Shown here: in pieces, positions 11,965 to 21,759 of the stretch | Numbering within the stretch: position 1 is the first letter of the stretch | Layout: each line of letters opens with the position of its first letter | Assembly: GCF_018977255.1 (NCBI RefSeq) | Contig: NW_024705456.1 | Location: forward strand, 1-42,894 | Length of the DNA stretch: 42,894 nucleotides | Direction of reading: 5' to 3' | Origin: Callorhinchus milii | Taxonomy: Eukaryota | Position numbers and translations under genes: made by a program | Notes under the pieces: model-generated | Seen by the model: the letters and a program-made list of their open reading frames with translations, nothing else | Told to the model about the DNA's origin: nothing | The model's database searches: none

Positions 11965-12523
11965 CCGGCCTTCGGGACCACATCACTCCCACCCTCGCTC
12001 GCCTCCACTGGCTCCCCATCCCCCAGAGGATTGATTTCAAGATCCTCATCCTCACCTATAAGGCCATCCACGGCCTTGCTCCCTCCTACCTCTCCGACCT
12101 ACTATCCCCCTACCTGCCTGCCCGTACCTTCCGTTCCTCCGGCTCCAGTCTGCTCCACCTTCCCCGCCCCAATCGCCCTACCATCGGTGGTCGGGCCGTC
12201 AGCCTCTCAGCCCCGAGGCTATGGAACTCCATCCCCCAGTGCCTTCGCCTTTCTTCCTCCCTCTCCTCCTTCAAGGCCGGTCTCAAAACCTTTCTCTTTG
12301 ACCGAGCCTTCAGCTCCCCTCTCGACTCTCTTCCCCCTCCTCGCTCCCTCCCTTCCCTCCCCTTACCCTGACCATTTCGCCCTCCTCGCTCCCTCCCTTC
12401 CCTACCCTCACTCTGACCATTTCCCCTTGCTCGGATCCTGACCCAACTGTGCAGCGCCTTGGGACGTCCTCCTGACGTGAAAGGCGATTTATAAATGGAA
12501 TCTTGTTGTTGTTGTTGTTGTTG
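11965..12523 (+). mobile_element. Young 5'-truncated L2 LINE (ORF2 C-terminus + 3'UTR + (TTG)n)
   Basis: Encodes DHITPTLARLHWLPIPQRIDFKILILTYKAIHGLAPSYLSDLL...; ends in the stem-loop and (TTG)n. Confidence 0.95.
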
Positions 12524-12524
12524 C

Positions 12525-14240
12525 TACAAAACATCCAAAACGTGCCATGACTCGCTCTGCTTTCACCCACCTCGACAACACCACCCGGCTTCACCACTGT
12601 CTCACATCGCAGGCTGCGGGACAACAACAACAACAACAACAACAACAAGATTCCATTTATAGAGCGCCTTTCACGTCAGGAGGAAGTCCCAAGGCGCTGC
12701 ACAGTTGGGTCATGACCCGAGCAGGGGGGAAATGGTCGGGGTGAGGGGAGGGAAGGGAGGGAGAGAGGAGGGGGAAATGGTCAGGGTGAGGGGAGGGAAG
12801 GGAGGGAGCGAGGAGGAGGAAGAGAGTCGAGAGGGGAGCTGAAGGCACGGTCAAAGACAAAGGTTTTGAGACCGGCCTTGAAGGAGGAAAGGGAGGAAGC
12901 AAGGCGAAGGCACTGGGGGATGGAGTTCCAGAGCCTGGGGGCTGAGAGGCTGAAGGCCCGACCACCGATAGTAGGGCGGTTGTGGCGGGGGACGCGGAGC
13001 AGACCGGAGCCAGAGGAACGGAGGGTACGGGCAGGTAGGTAGGGGGATAGTCGGTTGGAGAGGTAGGAGGGAGCAAGGCCGTGAATGGCCTTGTAGGTGA
13101 GGATGAGGATCTTGAAATCAATCCTCTGGGGGATGGGGAGCCAGTGGAGGCGAGCGAGGGTGGGAGTGATGTGATCGCGAAGCCTGGTGCGGGACAGTAC
13201 ACGAGCTGCAGAGTTCTGAATGACCTGCAGCTTGTGGAGGGAGGTGGCGGGAAGGCCGGCGAGGAGAGAGTTCCCATAGTCCAGCCTTGAGGTGACAAAG
13301 GCGTGAACCAGGGTTTCAGCAGCGTGAGGGGTGAGGTAATGCCGTAGTCTGGCGATATTCCGGAGGTGATGGAATGCGGTGCCAGTTGTGGTGCGGATGT
13401 GAGGAAGAAAGGACAGCTCAGGGTCGAACAAAACGCCGAGGTTCCTGACTGGCTTTGAGAGGTGGAGATTGCAGCCTTGGATGCTGATGGTGTCAGCGCC
13501 TGAGGTGCGGAGGCGCTGACGTGAGCCAATCAGGAGGGCCTCGGTTTTTCGCACGTTGAGCTGATGAAATTTGTCTCTCGTCCAGGACTCGATGTCGGAC
13601 AGGCAGGCTGTCAGGACATCGGTGGTCGTGGAGTTGAGAGTAGAGGAGGAGGAACCTAAGGCTCCTATTAGGGACACCTAATACACGCATTGATATCATC
13701 CAGGCTTGATTTTTGCAAACATCCTGCGTGTCGGCCTCCCCAGCTACACGCTCCTTAGGCACCAGATCATGCAGAACTCTACAGCCCCTGGGGTCTCCTG
13801 CATCAGTTTCCCTGACCGTATCACCCCCATCCACGCCCGACACCATTGCATACAATTCAAGACACGGATCGTCACCTTCGAAGGCATCCATGGCCTTGAT
13901 CCATGCTATATCAGCCTACCCAACACACACTGTGATCAACGGGTTCGTGGTTGCTTCACTTCACTGAAAATTATTGTGTGGGGATTTAGCCACTTTGCCC
14001 CAACCCTCTGGAATTTCATCCTGCAGCGCACTCCAGCACCCCAACCCGCGCCCGCGCTCGCGCCTCGCCGCTTGTTTGCTTTCTTAAAGACACATCTCAA
14101 GAATTTCCTCTTTGACTTTATAATCAACCGCCTTCCCCATGGGCCCTCAACCTTCTTTAATCCAAACACTCAGCTATTGTCCGAAAGTGTGTCCTGCGAC
14201 TTGGGACGTACACCCGACCTCAAAGGCCATATACAAATGT
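12525..14240 (+). mobile_element. Old L2 fragment (12525-12623 + 13671-14240) split by a younger L2 insertion
   Basis: Rejoined, it reads LTSQAAG|HLIHALISSRLD...GLPSYTL..QIMQNSTA...DRITPIHARHH, homologous to [20 protein letters not shown]. It ends in a degenerate cttgggacgt...aaaggc tail. Confidence 0.75.
12621..13650 (-). mobile_element. Young 5'-truncated L2 LINE (RT thumb/C-terminal ORF2, 298-aa ORF)
   Basis: ORF 12781-13677 contains [29 protein letters not shown] and HWLPIPQRIDFK. (CAA)n tail at 12622-12648; flanked by GGGACA repeats. Confidence 0.95.
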
Positions 14241-14660
14241 GATTTTTGGAAGGTGAGTTAGGAGATGCGAGTGAGGAGATAGAGGAGAGAAGGGAGCGTG
14301 GGGAGTTAGAGTAGAGAGGCGAGCTTAAGAAGAAGAGAGAGAGTATAGAAAGGAGAGAGGGGAGTGTAGGGGGATATAGCAAAGAGCAGACAGTTTAAAA
14401 GAGCGAGAGACGGTTGAGAGCAGAGTGGAGTGAGAAGTAAAAGGGGAATATGTAGAGAGGAGAGAGGGCGGATAGATATAAGTGTTAGAAGTGGAGAGAC
14501 AGGGGCTGGTTGGTTTGTGTGAGGGATGTTGAGTTTAATTGTGGGAGGGAGGGGACAACGAGGAGGAGAGAAAAGGTTAGAGAGAAGGTTTGAGGGATAA
14601 CGAGGGGAAGGCGTGCATTGGAAGCAGGCGGAAATGCAGGGGGAGTCGGAGTCAGGAAAG
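14240..14660. repeat. GA/purine-rich low complexity
   Basis: Seen directly. Confidence 0.8.
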
Positions 14661-14748
14661 AACTCGGGCTGCTGTTACTGGTACAGAGAAGGTTGAACCG
14701 GGAGGCAGATCGTTCCATTGATAAGGTCCTCTGGGTCGCTTTCTCCGC

Positions 14749-14783
14749 ATGAAACTATATATTGCTATATTGCTACATAAATG
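14749..14783 (+). CDS. Candidate first signal-peptide exon of the SRCR-Ig receptor (MKLYIAILLHK..; 35 nt, one base too long for phase 1)
   Basis: ATG at 14749 with a hydrophobic stretch and donor TG|GTATTT, located ~590 bp upstream of the 36-nt mini-exon. Confidence 0.35.
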
Positions 14784-15373
14784 GTATTTGTCAAAACTCA
14801 AGTTGTTGTTGATGGGGAACGGGAGAGGTTCGACAATAGTCAGTGAACGCAATCCTTACCGAAGGGGACAAACCGTGTATTCTGCCTATTAACGATTGTT
14901 GAGATAAATGTCTCTCTTTCTGGGGGGAGGGAGGTCACCAAACCTAACCTTCTCGAAGACTCTAAACAGAAATAGTCCGAGAACAGAACATGCCGTTTAG
15001 CCCAGTGTAGCATTTATGACTCTATGAAAGAGCTCTTGATTCAGTCCTTATTGTCGCCTCTCCCCATTGTGCCTTTGTTCGTGCTCACTCCCGCACTAAA
15101 TCTCACCACTATAATCCCGTTCCCTGTTCTCTCTTTCCCCATAATGTCTGTGCTTGTGCTCGCTCCTCCACTGAAGCCACCCACTCTAATCCCATTCCCT
15201 GTCCTTTCTCTTCCCTTTTGTGTCGTTGCTTGAGCTTATTTCCCCACTGCAGACCATATTTGCGATAACATTTAATGGCTGCCCTAACGATTGACCATTC
15301 ATGGTGTAATCAGATCCCTGTTTGTATGAAATATTTATTAATGAATTCTGCTTTGATTTTTTTTCTTGTGCAG

Positions 15374-15409
15374 TGATATTTCTGGAGAGAAACACAGTGG
15401 AATCTGCAG
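15374..15409 (+). CDS. 36-nt phase-1 signal-peptide mini-exon (xIFLERNTVESA)
   Basis: Acceptor ttttttttcttgtgcag, donor CAG|GTTAGT. The frame is open and phase-compatible with SRCR exon 1, ending in a V-E-S-A cleavage-like site. Confidence 0.6.
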
Positions 15410-15589
15410 GTTAGTGACGCAATATCGCAGAGAGAAGCTGCTGTGGAAGCATTAACTGCTCAGATTGAGTCTCTGCCTCTATTCATCTCCATCTGGGGAA
15501 TAGGAGGAAAAGCCGTCACACAATCCACAGGCCACGTTAGTAGACTGGCTTAAAACTTCCGTTTGTACCTCGACCTTCCCGTGAGAATG

Positions 15590-15860
15590 TGAATGTGTGA
15601 GTCTGTGTGTTTGTGCGACAGAGAGTGTGTGTTTGTGTGAGCGAGTGTGGGATTACGAGTGTTTGTGTGTGAATGAGTGTGTCACTATATGAGTGGTTGT
15701 GTATGTGTGCGATGTTTGTGTGTATGAGTGATTGTGTGTGTCCTTTTGTGTGAGGAAATGAATAGGTGTTTGTGTGAATGTGTGTTAGTCAGTGCGTGTG
15801 TGTAGGAGTGTGAGTGTTTTGGGGTGTGCGTGCGTGTGTGAGTGAGTGTGTGCGAGTGGT
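15590..15860. repeat. Degenerate (GT)n microsatellite
   Basis: Seen directly. Confidence 0.9.
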
Positions 15861-15933
15861 TCTGCTATAAACAGGCAGAACAGCTACACCCTCCCAACCC
15901 AGAGCATCGCTGGCCAGCACTCCCCCCATCAGC

Positions 15934-16250
15934 ATGGCCAGCACTGAGCATCAGGCTGGACTGTACACTCCCACCTTGACATGGGGTGGTGTGGGCAGCT
16001 CAAGTGCACAATTTTCTGCCTTGGAGGCAAGAGGCCTAACAAGAGCGAGTCAAGCGAGCGGGGCTGAGAGTGCCGGTGATGCCGTGCACGATGCTGGCTT
16101 AGCCGTGCAATATGGCATGGATCTGATGAAGTTAGGAAAAATCTTGATGGAGGAGGTCGATTTGGTGTCTCTGCCAAGGCTTCGCTCTATCTCTAACAAG
16201 AAGCGTTGGGAGATGTCCTGCAGCGTCTCGTCAGACAAGTACCTGCACCA
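15934..16250 (+). pseudogene. Possible decayed Myb/SANT-like (Harbinger/NAIF1-type) DNA-binding ORF
   Basis: QFSALEA...ILMEEVDLVSLPRLRSISNKKRW, then, in a shifted frame, GDVLQRLVRQ. The F-to-W spacing of 65 aa resembles this domain. TATAAA lies at ~15866. Confidence 0.35.
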
Positions 16251-16615
16251 CTTGCATATAGATGGGGATGGAGAGGGGGGGAGGTGTGGGGGGGAGAGAA
16301 GGTCAGTGGCAGCAACTCAAACAACACCTGTACCTGGGGTCTTTCACGCGGATGGCAGTGTCTGCAAACTCCTGGGTTCCCAAAAAATCTTTGTGCATTG
16401 ATACTTTTTACTGTGACAGTTTTTACATCTTTGTCGCTCTCCCGCACCAGCCCACCCACTCCCGGGTCAACACGTTGTGGATTCAAGCTCCGCATGCAGA
16501 CAGACTCTCACTCGCAGTGACACACACACATCCTCCCACAACACATTGCTATTTAGTCGGTTGTCGCAGTGTATAATTTGGCTGCTTACACAATATGCTG
16601 TCATTCAATCCTTGT

Positions 16616-16941
16616 GGAGTCCTGTAGCTCAGTGGTTAGAGCACTCGCTTTGCAAGTGAGAGATCTGAGTTCAATTCCAGGCAGGGCGAAACCTTGGGCA
16701 AGTTTCCTTACTCCACACGCCTAATAATAATCCCTCCAAAAAAAAAACCAAAACAATAATAAAAATGGGTCATTTTCAATCTACGACTGTTTGTGGGACA
16801 TTGCTGTGCGCAATTGGCTGCCGCGTTCGCCCACAAATATACAGTCAATTCACTTTACAGTGTGTTCAGTGAAGCGCTTTGGGACGTCCTCCTGACGTGA
16901 AAAGCGCTATATCAAATGCAAGGCTTATTATTATTATTATT
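16616..16941 (+). mobile_element. Full-length tRNA(Ala-TGC-like)-derived Deu SINE with L2-type tail
   Basis: GTAGCTCAGTGGTTAGAGCACTCGCTTTGCAAGTGAGAGATCTGAGTTCAATTCC head, Deu core, AGCGCTTTGGGACGTCCTCCTGACGTGAAAAGCGCT stem-loop, (TTA)n. TTGTG occurs on both flanks. Confidence 0.92.
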
Positions 16942-17542
16942 GTGAAATCTTGGGAATCATGGGTGGTGGGCGGGGTGGGGGGATGGCGGTGGGGATTCTC
17001 AGAGGTCATATCAAATACGAGGCTTAATAATTGGGATCTTTCTGCCGGCGTATGAACAAGGCAGGGCTGGGAAGTTCCTCACGAATGGTACCACGAATGG
17101 AGGATTGTGCGATTGTGGAGGTGCTGTGCATCGGGGGATCTGTACGTATGGAGTGTTGTTGACTGTGTGGGGGAGCTGTGCATTGGCTGGGGGTTGCTGT
17201 TTGCTGGCGATGTCTGTGCCTTGGGTTAATGTGCGCTGAGGTGGAGTTGCCTCTCGTCTAAGGCTTGGGGTCTCCGCCATGTTTGGTGTGTTTGTGGCCT
17301 GGCGAACTGTGGTGGGAACCGGGACGGGGGTTGTTGTTGGTGCTTTGGGTGTTGGCTGAGGTTGTGCTCTGTTGAGAGTAGCTGCGCCGAGGGTGAAGCT
17401 ATCCATGGTGTATCATCTGGATTCTGGGTACTTTGCCTTGAATGGGGGCTGTACTGCGCCTGCGATGGCGATCTCAGGATGGAGGAGGCATAGCCTGTAT
17501 GCGGATGACCAGGGTGTGGAAGCTTGGCCCAGGGGTGAGCTA

Positions 17543-18130
17543 CAACAACAGCAACGACATCATTACTCTTTAGGTCGGGAGGGAGTCTCAAAGGGCTGAA
17601 CAGTCAGCAGTCGAAGATTGGACATGGGGCAGGGGTGGTGTAGCGGTGAGAGAAGGTAGAGAGATGGGAGTGAGCCCAACGGCAGATAGGAATAAATGTT
17701 CTTTAGACCGGCCTTGAAGGAGGCAAGGGAACAAACGAGGTAAAGGGAAAGTGGTGTGGAGTTCCAGAGTGTGGGAGCAGAAAGGCTGAAAACCCGGCCG
17801 TCGATGCAAGGGCGGGTCTGGCGGAAGACATGGAACAGGCCGGAGCCCGCTCAACGGAGGGAGCGGGCAGTTTGTTAGGGAGTCAGCAGGTCAGAGAGGT
17901 ATGAGTGAGCATGGCCATGGATGGCCTTCAAGGTGAGGACGTGCATCTTGAGCTCGATTCTCTGGGGGATGGAGAGTCAGTGGAGTCGGGCGAGGGCGGC
18001 AGAAATGAGATCACGGAGCCTGAGAGTACACGAGCTGCCGAAATTTGGATGATCTGCAGCTTGTGATGGGAAGAGTTGTTAACGCCGATAAGGAGGGAGA
18101 TCTGAGGTAGCTGGACATCTGGGGTGGAGC
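17543..18130 (-). mobile_element. Old L2 3' fragment
   Basis: Reverse frames give HKLQIIQISAARVLS and a KAGLK-like segment; (CAA) tail remnant at ~17543. Confidence 0.75.
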
Positions 18131-18379
18131 TGAACAATGAATTGAGGCGCTTTGCCTGGATGGGGTAAGCCTGAGGGGTGAGTGGGCGTTGTCAGGCCCT
18201 GGTTGATGGGCTGTGCCCTGGGGCTGGCTGGTCTCTGGTGTAAGGCAGAGTTATATCTGGGTTCTGTTGTGTGTGTTGCTGAATTGTAGTCACAAACCTG
18301 AGCTACCAATAAACGAGTAATGCGACAATGTTTGTGTCTATGTATGTATCTTTGTATCCGCCGATAACTAAACAATCAC

Positions 18380-18620
18380 TTCTTCGAAGCGCTTCACTGT
18401 TCGTGAATAGGCTGTATATTTGGTAAGCGAAAAGTGGCAGCCAATCGCGCACAGCGCTGTCTTATAAATAGTCGTAGAATGATTGACCAGATTACTATTT
18501 ATAATTTGAGAAGATTGTTATCTCCGGAAAAGAGGCCTCCCAATTGAGAAACGGGTTCGTACTGACTGCTATTTAAACGTAGGCAACTGGGGTGAGGAAA
18601 GTTGCCTAACATTTCGCCCT
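18380..18620 (-). mobile_element. Degraded Deu SINE
   Basis: gcgcttcac...gtggcagccaatcgcgcacagcgctgtc...gaggaaagttgcctaac. Confidence 0.6.
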
Positions 18621-18629
18621 GCCCGTGAA

Positions 18630-18815
18630 ACTAAATATTAAATATAATAATCTAACATAAGTATAATAATCTAAAATAAAGAAAAATAGCTCAATGTAAT
18701 TATACTAATCTAGTGTAGTCTATTATAATATAAATGATAATATAATAATATAAATTATAATAATCTAATATAAAGTTTAATAATATAAAGTATAGGATGG
18801 AATATAAATTATAAT
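18630..18815. repeat. AT-rich (TATAA/TAATA)n low complexity
   Basis: Seen directly. Confidence 0.85.
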
Positions 18816-19084
18816 AACACTAGTTTTGTTCGCAAATTAGCTGCAACAGTTCGAGTTAGTAGTGTAGTAAACTGTTGCTGTTAATGTGAAACACGAGTTG
18901 TGGACGGAATGTCGCCAGCAGTGAGTGCAACCATTATGATTATGATTTTTGTTGTGTTGTTTACCCCCAGACACACTCCGACTGTGACAGGCTCTCGTTG
19001 CATGTACATTGTATTGTATTTATTGTATTATCCTGGAAGTCAAACAGGAAACAGACAATTAATACTGTGGGTGATGTTTTACAG

Positions 19085-19417
19085 AGAGTGGGAGTCTGCG
19101 GCTGATGAATGGCAGCAGCCCGTGCGCCGGGAGAGTGGAGGTTTACCACAGAGAACAATGGGGCACAGTGGATGGCACTGACTACAAAGATGATCTGTCC
19201 TGGGATATGAAGGCCGCGGCTGTGGTGTGTAATGAGTTGGGCTGTGGAGGGGCGCTGTCAGCATCAGGAGACGCCCAATTTGGGAGGGGCTCAGGCTACA
19301 TTGTGACATATGGTGTTCACTGCAGAGGGAGTGAGTCTACTCTGAGGGAGTGTCACTCGGGGAACTGGAGTCACTATTCACTGTCACACTCCTTTGATGC
19401 CGGTGTCATCTGCTTAG
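19085..19417 (+). CDS. SRCR domain exon 1 (group B-like, lacking Cys2 and Cys7; WC1 domain-a-like)
   Basis: tttacag|..ESGSLRLMNGSSPCAGRVEVYHREQWGTVDG...WDMKAAAVVCNELGCG...HCRGSESTLRECH...SHSFDAGVICL G|gtaaac; 333 nt, phase 1/1. Confidence 0.93.
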
Positions 19418-19499
19418 GTAAACAATTCATTCTCTTATGATTATCAGTTCTCATATTTTCGGGTGTGACCACATTGGGTTCGATACAGTGGGCTGCGTG

Positions 19500-20560
19500 T
19501 TACAGGCTACTGAGCACCAGTTGGATGAGGGAGGTGGGTTTGTGGGGAGAGATGAGAACAGGGCGATCAATACAGAAGAGTGAGAAGAGGTGGTAGTGGA
19601 GCAAATTGTGGGTGAGCAAATTTGGGTGAACACAAGACGGGGGTGGAGCAGGGAGTGAAAACGGTGATTGGGTAAGAACTTTGGGGTTTACCACAAACGG
19701 ATGAGCGCACAGTCATGTGCAAGAACAGGACGATGAGCAACGTGGGTGGGCGGGAGAGCAAAGGGTGTGCGATCGCTTGCAGCAGCACAGACTGGGGTTA
19801 AAAGCGGGTTGTAAGCTTAGGGGGCTATGAGCAAGGGAATCAGTTGAAAAGAGAGAAGGGTGAGAGCAAGGATTAAGCACACGGCGCGGAGAGCAGAAGT
19901 GGTTTCAACGCATTGCTGAAGAACATATTTGAGATTGGGCACAAGTGAGTTGACCAAAGGTTGGGGAGAGTACAAAGATGTTGAGCACAGTTTGTGGAGA
20001 GCTCAAGTGTGGTTGAGCACAGCGAGACAATTGAGAATTTGGTGAGTGGGGGTGACCACAGAGGGTGAGTTCAGTGGAGGGTCAGCACAAAGAGCAGTGT
20101 ACACAATGGGGATTAGTACGTGTGGGTGTTTGAGCACTGGGAGGGGTGAGCACACGAGAAGTGAACACAGTGGAGCTGAGCACAGGGTTGAAAGTACTTT
20201 GGTTTGAGCGCGAGGGTTCAGCACAGGGGGTGAGCAAAAGGTGAGAAGCACGGTGGCGGGGCGTTAAACGTAGGATGAGCCCAGAGTTTGCGTAGAATAC
20301 AAGGAGGGGGGTTAGAACAGCGATGTTGAGCACAGGAGATCAACAAAAGGGGGTTGAGCAGAGGCAGGGAAAGCGAAGCGGGTGTTAAGCACAAGGGGTG
20401 TGTGACCACAGGCGAGCGACTGTGGGGTGATGAGCATAGAAGGCTGGTGAGCACAGTCGTGTGGGAAAGCACGGGGGAGTGAGCAGGTGCGGTGGGTAAG
20501 TGCAGTTTGGTTGAGAACAAGGTGCTGGGTGAGCACGGGTGGCGGGTGAGCATGGCCGAT
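19500..20560 (+). repeat. G-rich degenerate tandem repeat built on GGG(T/G)TGAGCAC (also 21005-21190)
   Basis: Dozens of (T)GAGCA(C) motifs at ~18-20 bp spacing, with strong G skew. Confidence 0.75.
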
Positions 20561-20712
20561 GGTGGGGGTGTGGGGGTGTCCGTGGTGGTGGTGGGGGTAT
20601 TATGCACACCTCTTCCAACCCAGTGTCAAACGACCTCAAATTGAGCTAATTGTATATACATTATACATTATATATTACAGTTGTGGATGTGCATAATGGA
20701 TTGTATTTGCAG

Positions 20713-20964
20713 GAGGTAAACCACCCAGACTGGTGAATGGAGGCAGCCGCTGTGCGGGGAGATTAGAGCTGTACAGCAATGACACTTGGGCGACACTTTG
20801 TGGCGAGAACCTGAACACGGAAATTGCAGTACATATTTGCAAACTTTTGGGTTGTGGATTTGCTGTATCAGTCTTAGGTAACGCTCGCTTTGGAGAAGGA
20901 TCGGGTCGTGTGGTTGGTCGGCCAGACTGCGGACACGGACAGGACATTGGCATAACCTGTTCAG
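20713..20964 (+). CDS. SRCR domain exon 2, internally shortened (no Cys5-Cys6 loop)
   Basis: tttgcag|GGKPPRLVNGGSRCAGRLELYSNDTWATLC...ICKLLGCGFAVSVLGNARFGEGSGRVVGRPDCGHGQDIGITCS G|gtatag; 252 nt, phase 1/1. Confidence 0.9.
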
Positions 20965-21759
20965 GTATAGACCACAACCACAATAATGTACATTAACATA
21001 GCGTCGGAATGGGGGGGTTGAGTACAGGAATGTGAGTGGGAGCACAAGGGGGTGAGCGTTGGCATAGAGTGTGAGTGTCAGTACAGGGGAGTGAGCACGT
21101 GGGTGACTGTGAGCACAGCTCATTTGAGGGTGAGCAAATCGGGATTTCTGTGAGCACAAGATGGGACTGAGCACAGTGGTGAGCCCTGGGAGAACGATTC
21201 GCTGATTTATCTTGTACTGAACAGTAGAACAGATAAGATAGATGGCTGCGTGAAAATATTGTTTCAGTGTACAATATGTAGCTTGGGGCACAACGCGTTG
21301 TTACTATGAGGATGGTGGAAGGCAAATTGGATGAACCTCGGTCTTCTGTCGCCATCTGGCTACTCCATCTCACACTCACTCTCTCTCTCTCGGAAATGGC
21401 ATGGCGATACTTTAGATAATATGTCTCTTTCTCACCCACTCTCTCGCGCTCTCGCTATCTCTCTCTCTCTCTCCTCTCGCTCTCTCTCTCTCCCTCCCAG
21501 ACCAGATGGAAAAACGGCCGGTTAATGTGTCTACCGCTCACGAACTCGGTCTCACACAATTTCTCTCTCACACTCTCTTTCTCTCTCGCTCACAGATCAG
21601 ATGTCTTTTTTTTTCCCTCTCCCCCTCTCTCTCTCCCTCTCTATCTCTGTCTCAAACTTGCAGACGTGATGGCTTGTTGATGTCTTTGTCTCGCACCATT
21701 CCCTCCTTCCCTCATTCCTGCTCTCTTTCTCTCTCTCTCTCTCTCTCTCCCTCTCTCAA

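Noticed and set aside
12031..13529. Long Ser/Pro-rich ORFs (136, 290 and 258 aa, incl. 38216-38992)
   Set aside because: Alternative reading frames of the C-rich L2 ORF2, repeated in each copy.
16620..16690. tRNA-Ala-like gene (also 1115-1189)
   Set aside because: It is directly followed by the SINE core and L2-type tail, with no proper acceptor stem or terminator. It is a SINE head, not a tRNA gene.
19180..19194. GACTACAAAGATGAT (DYKDD) looks like the start of a FLAG tag
   Set aside because: It continues as L-S-W inside a natural SRCR loop, and there is no vector or linker context. Coincidence.
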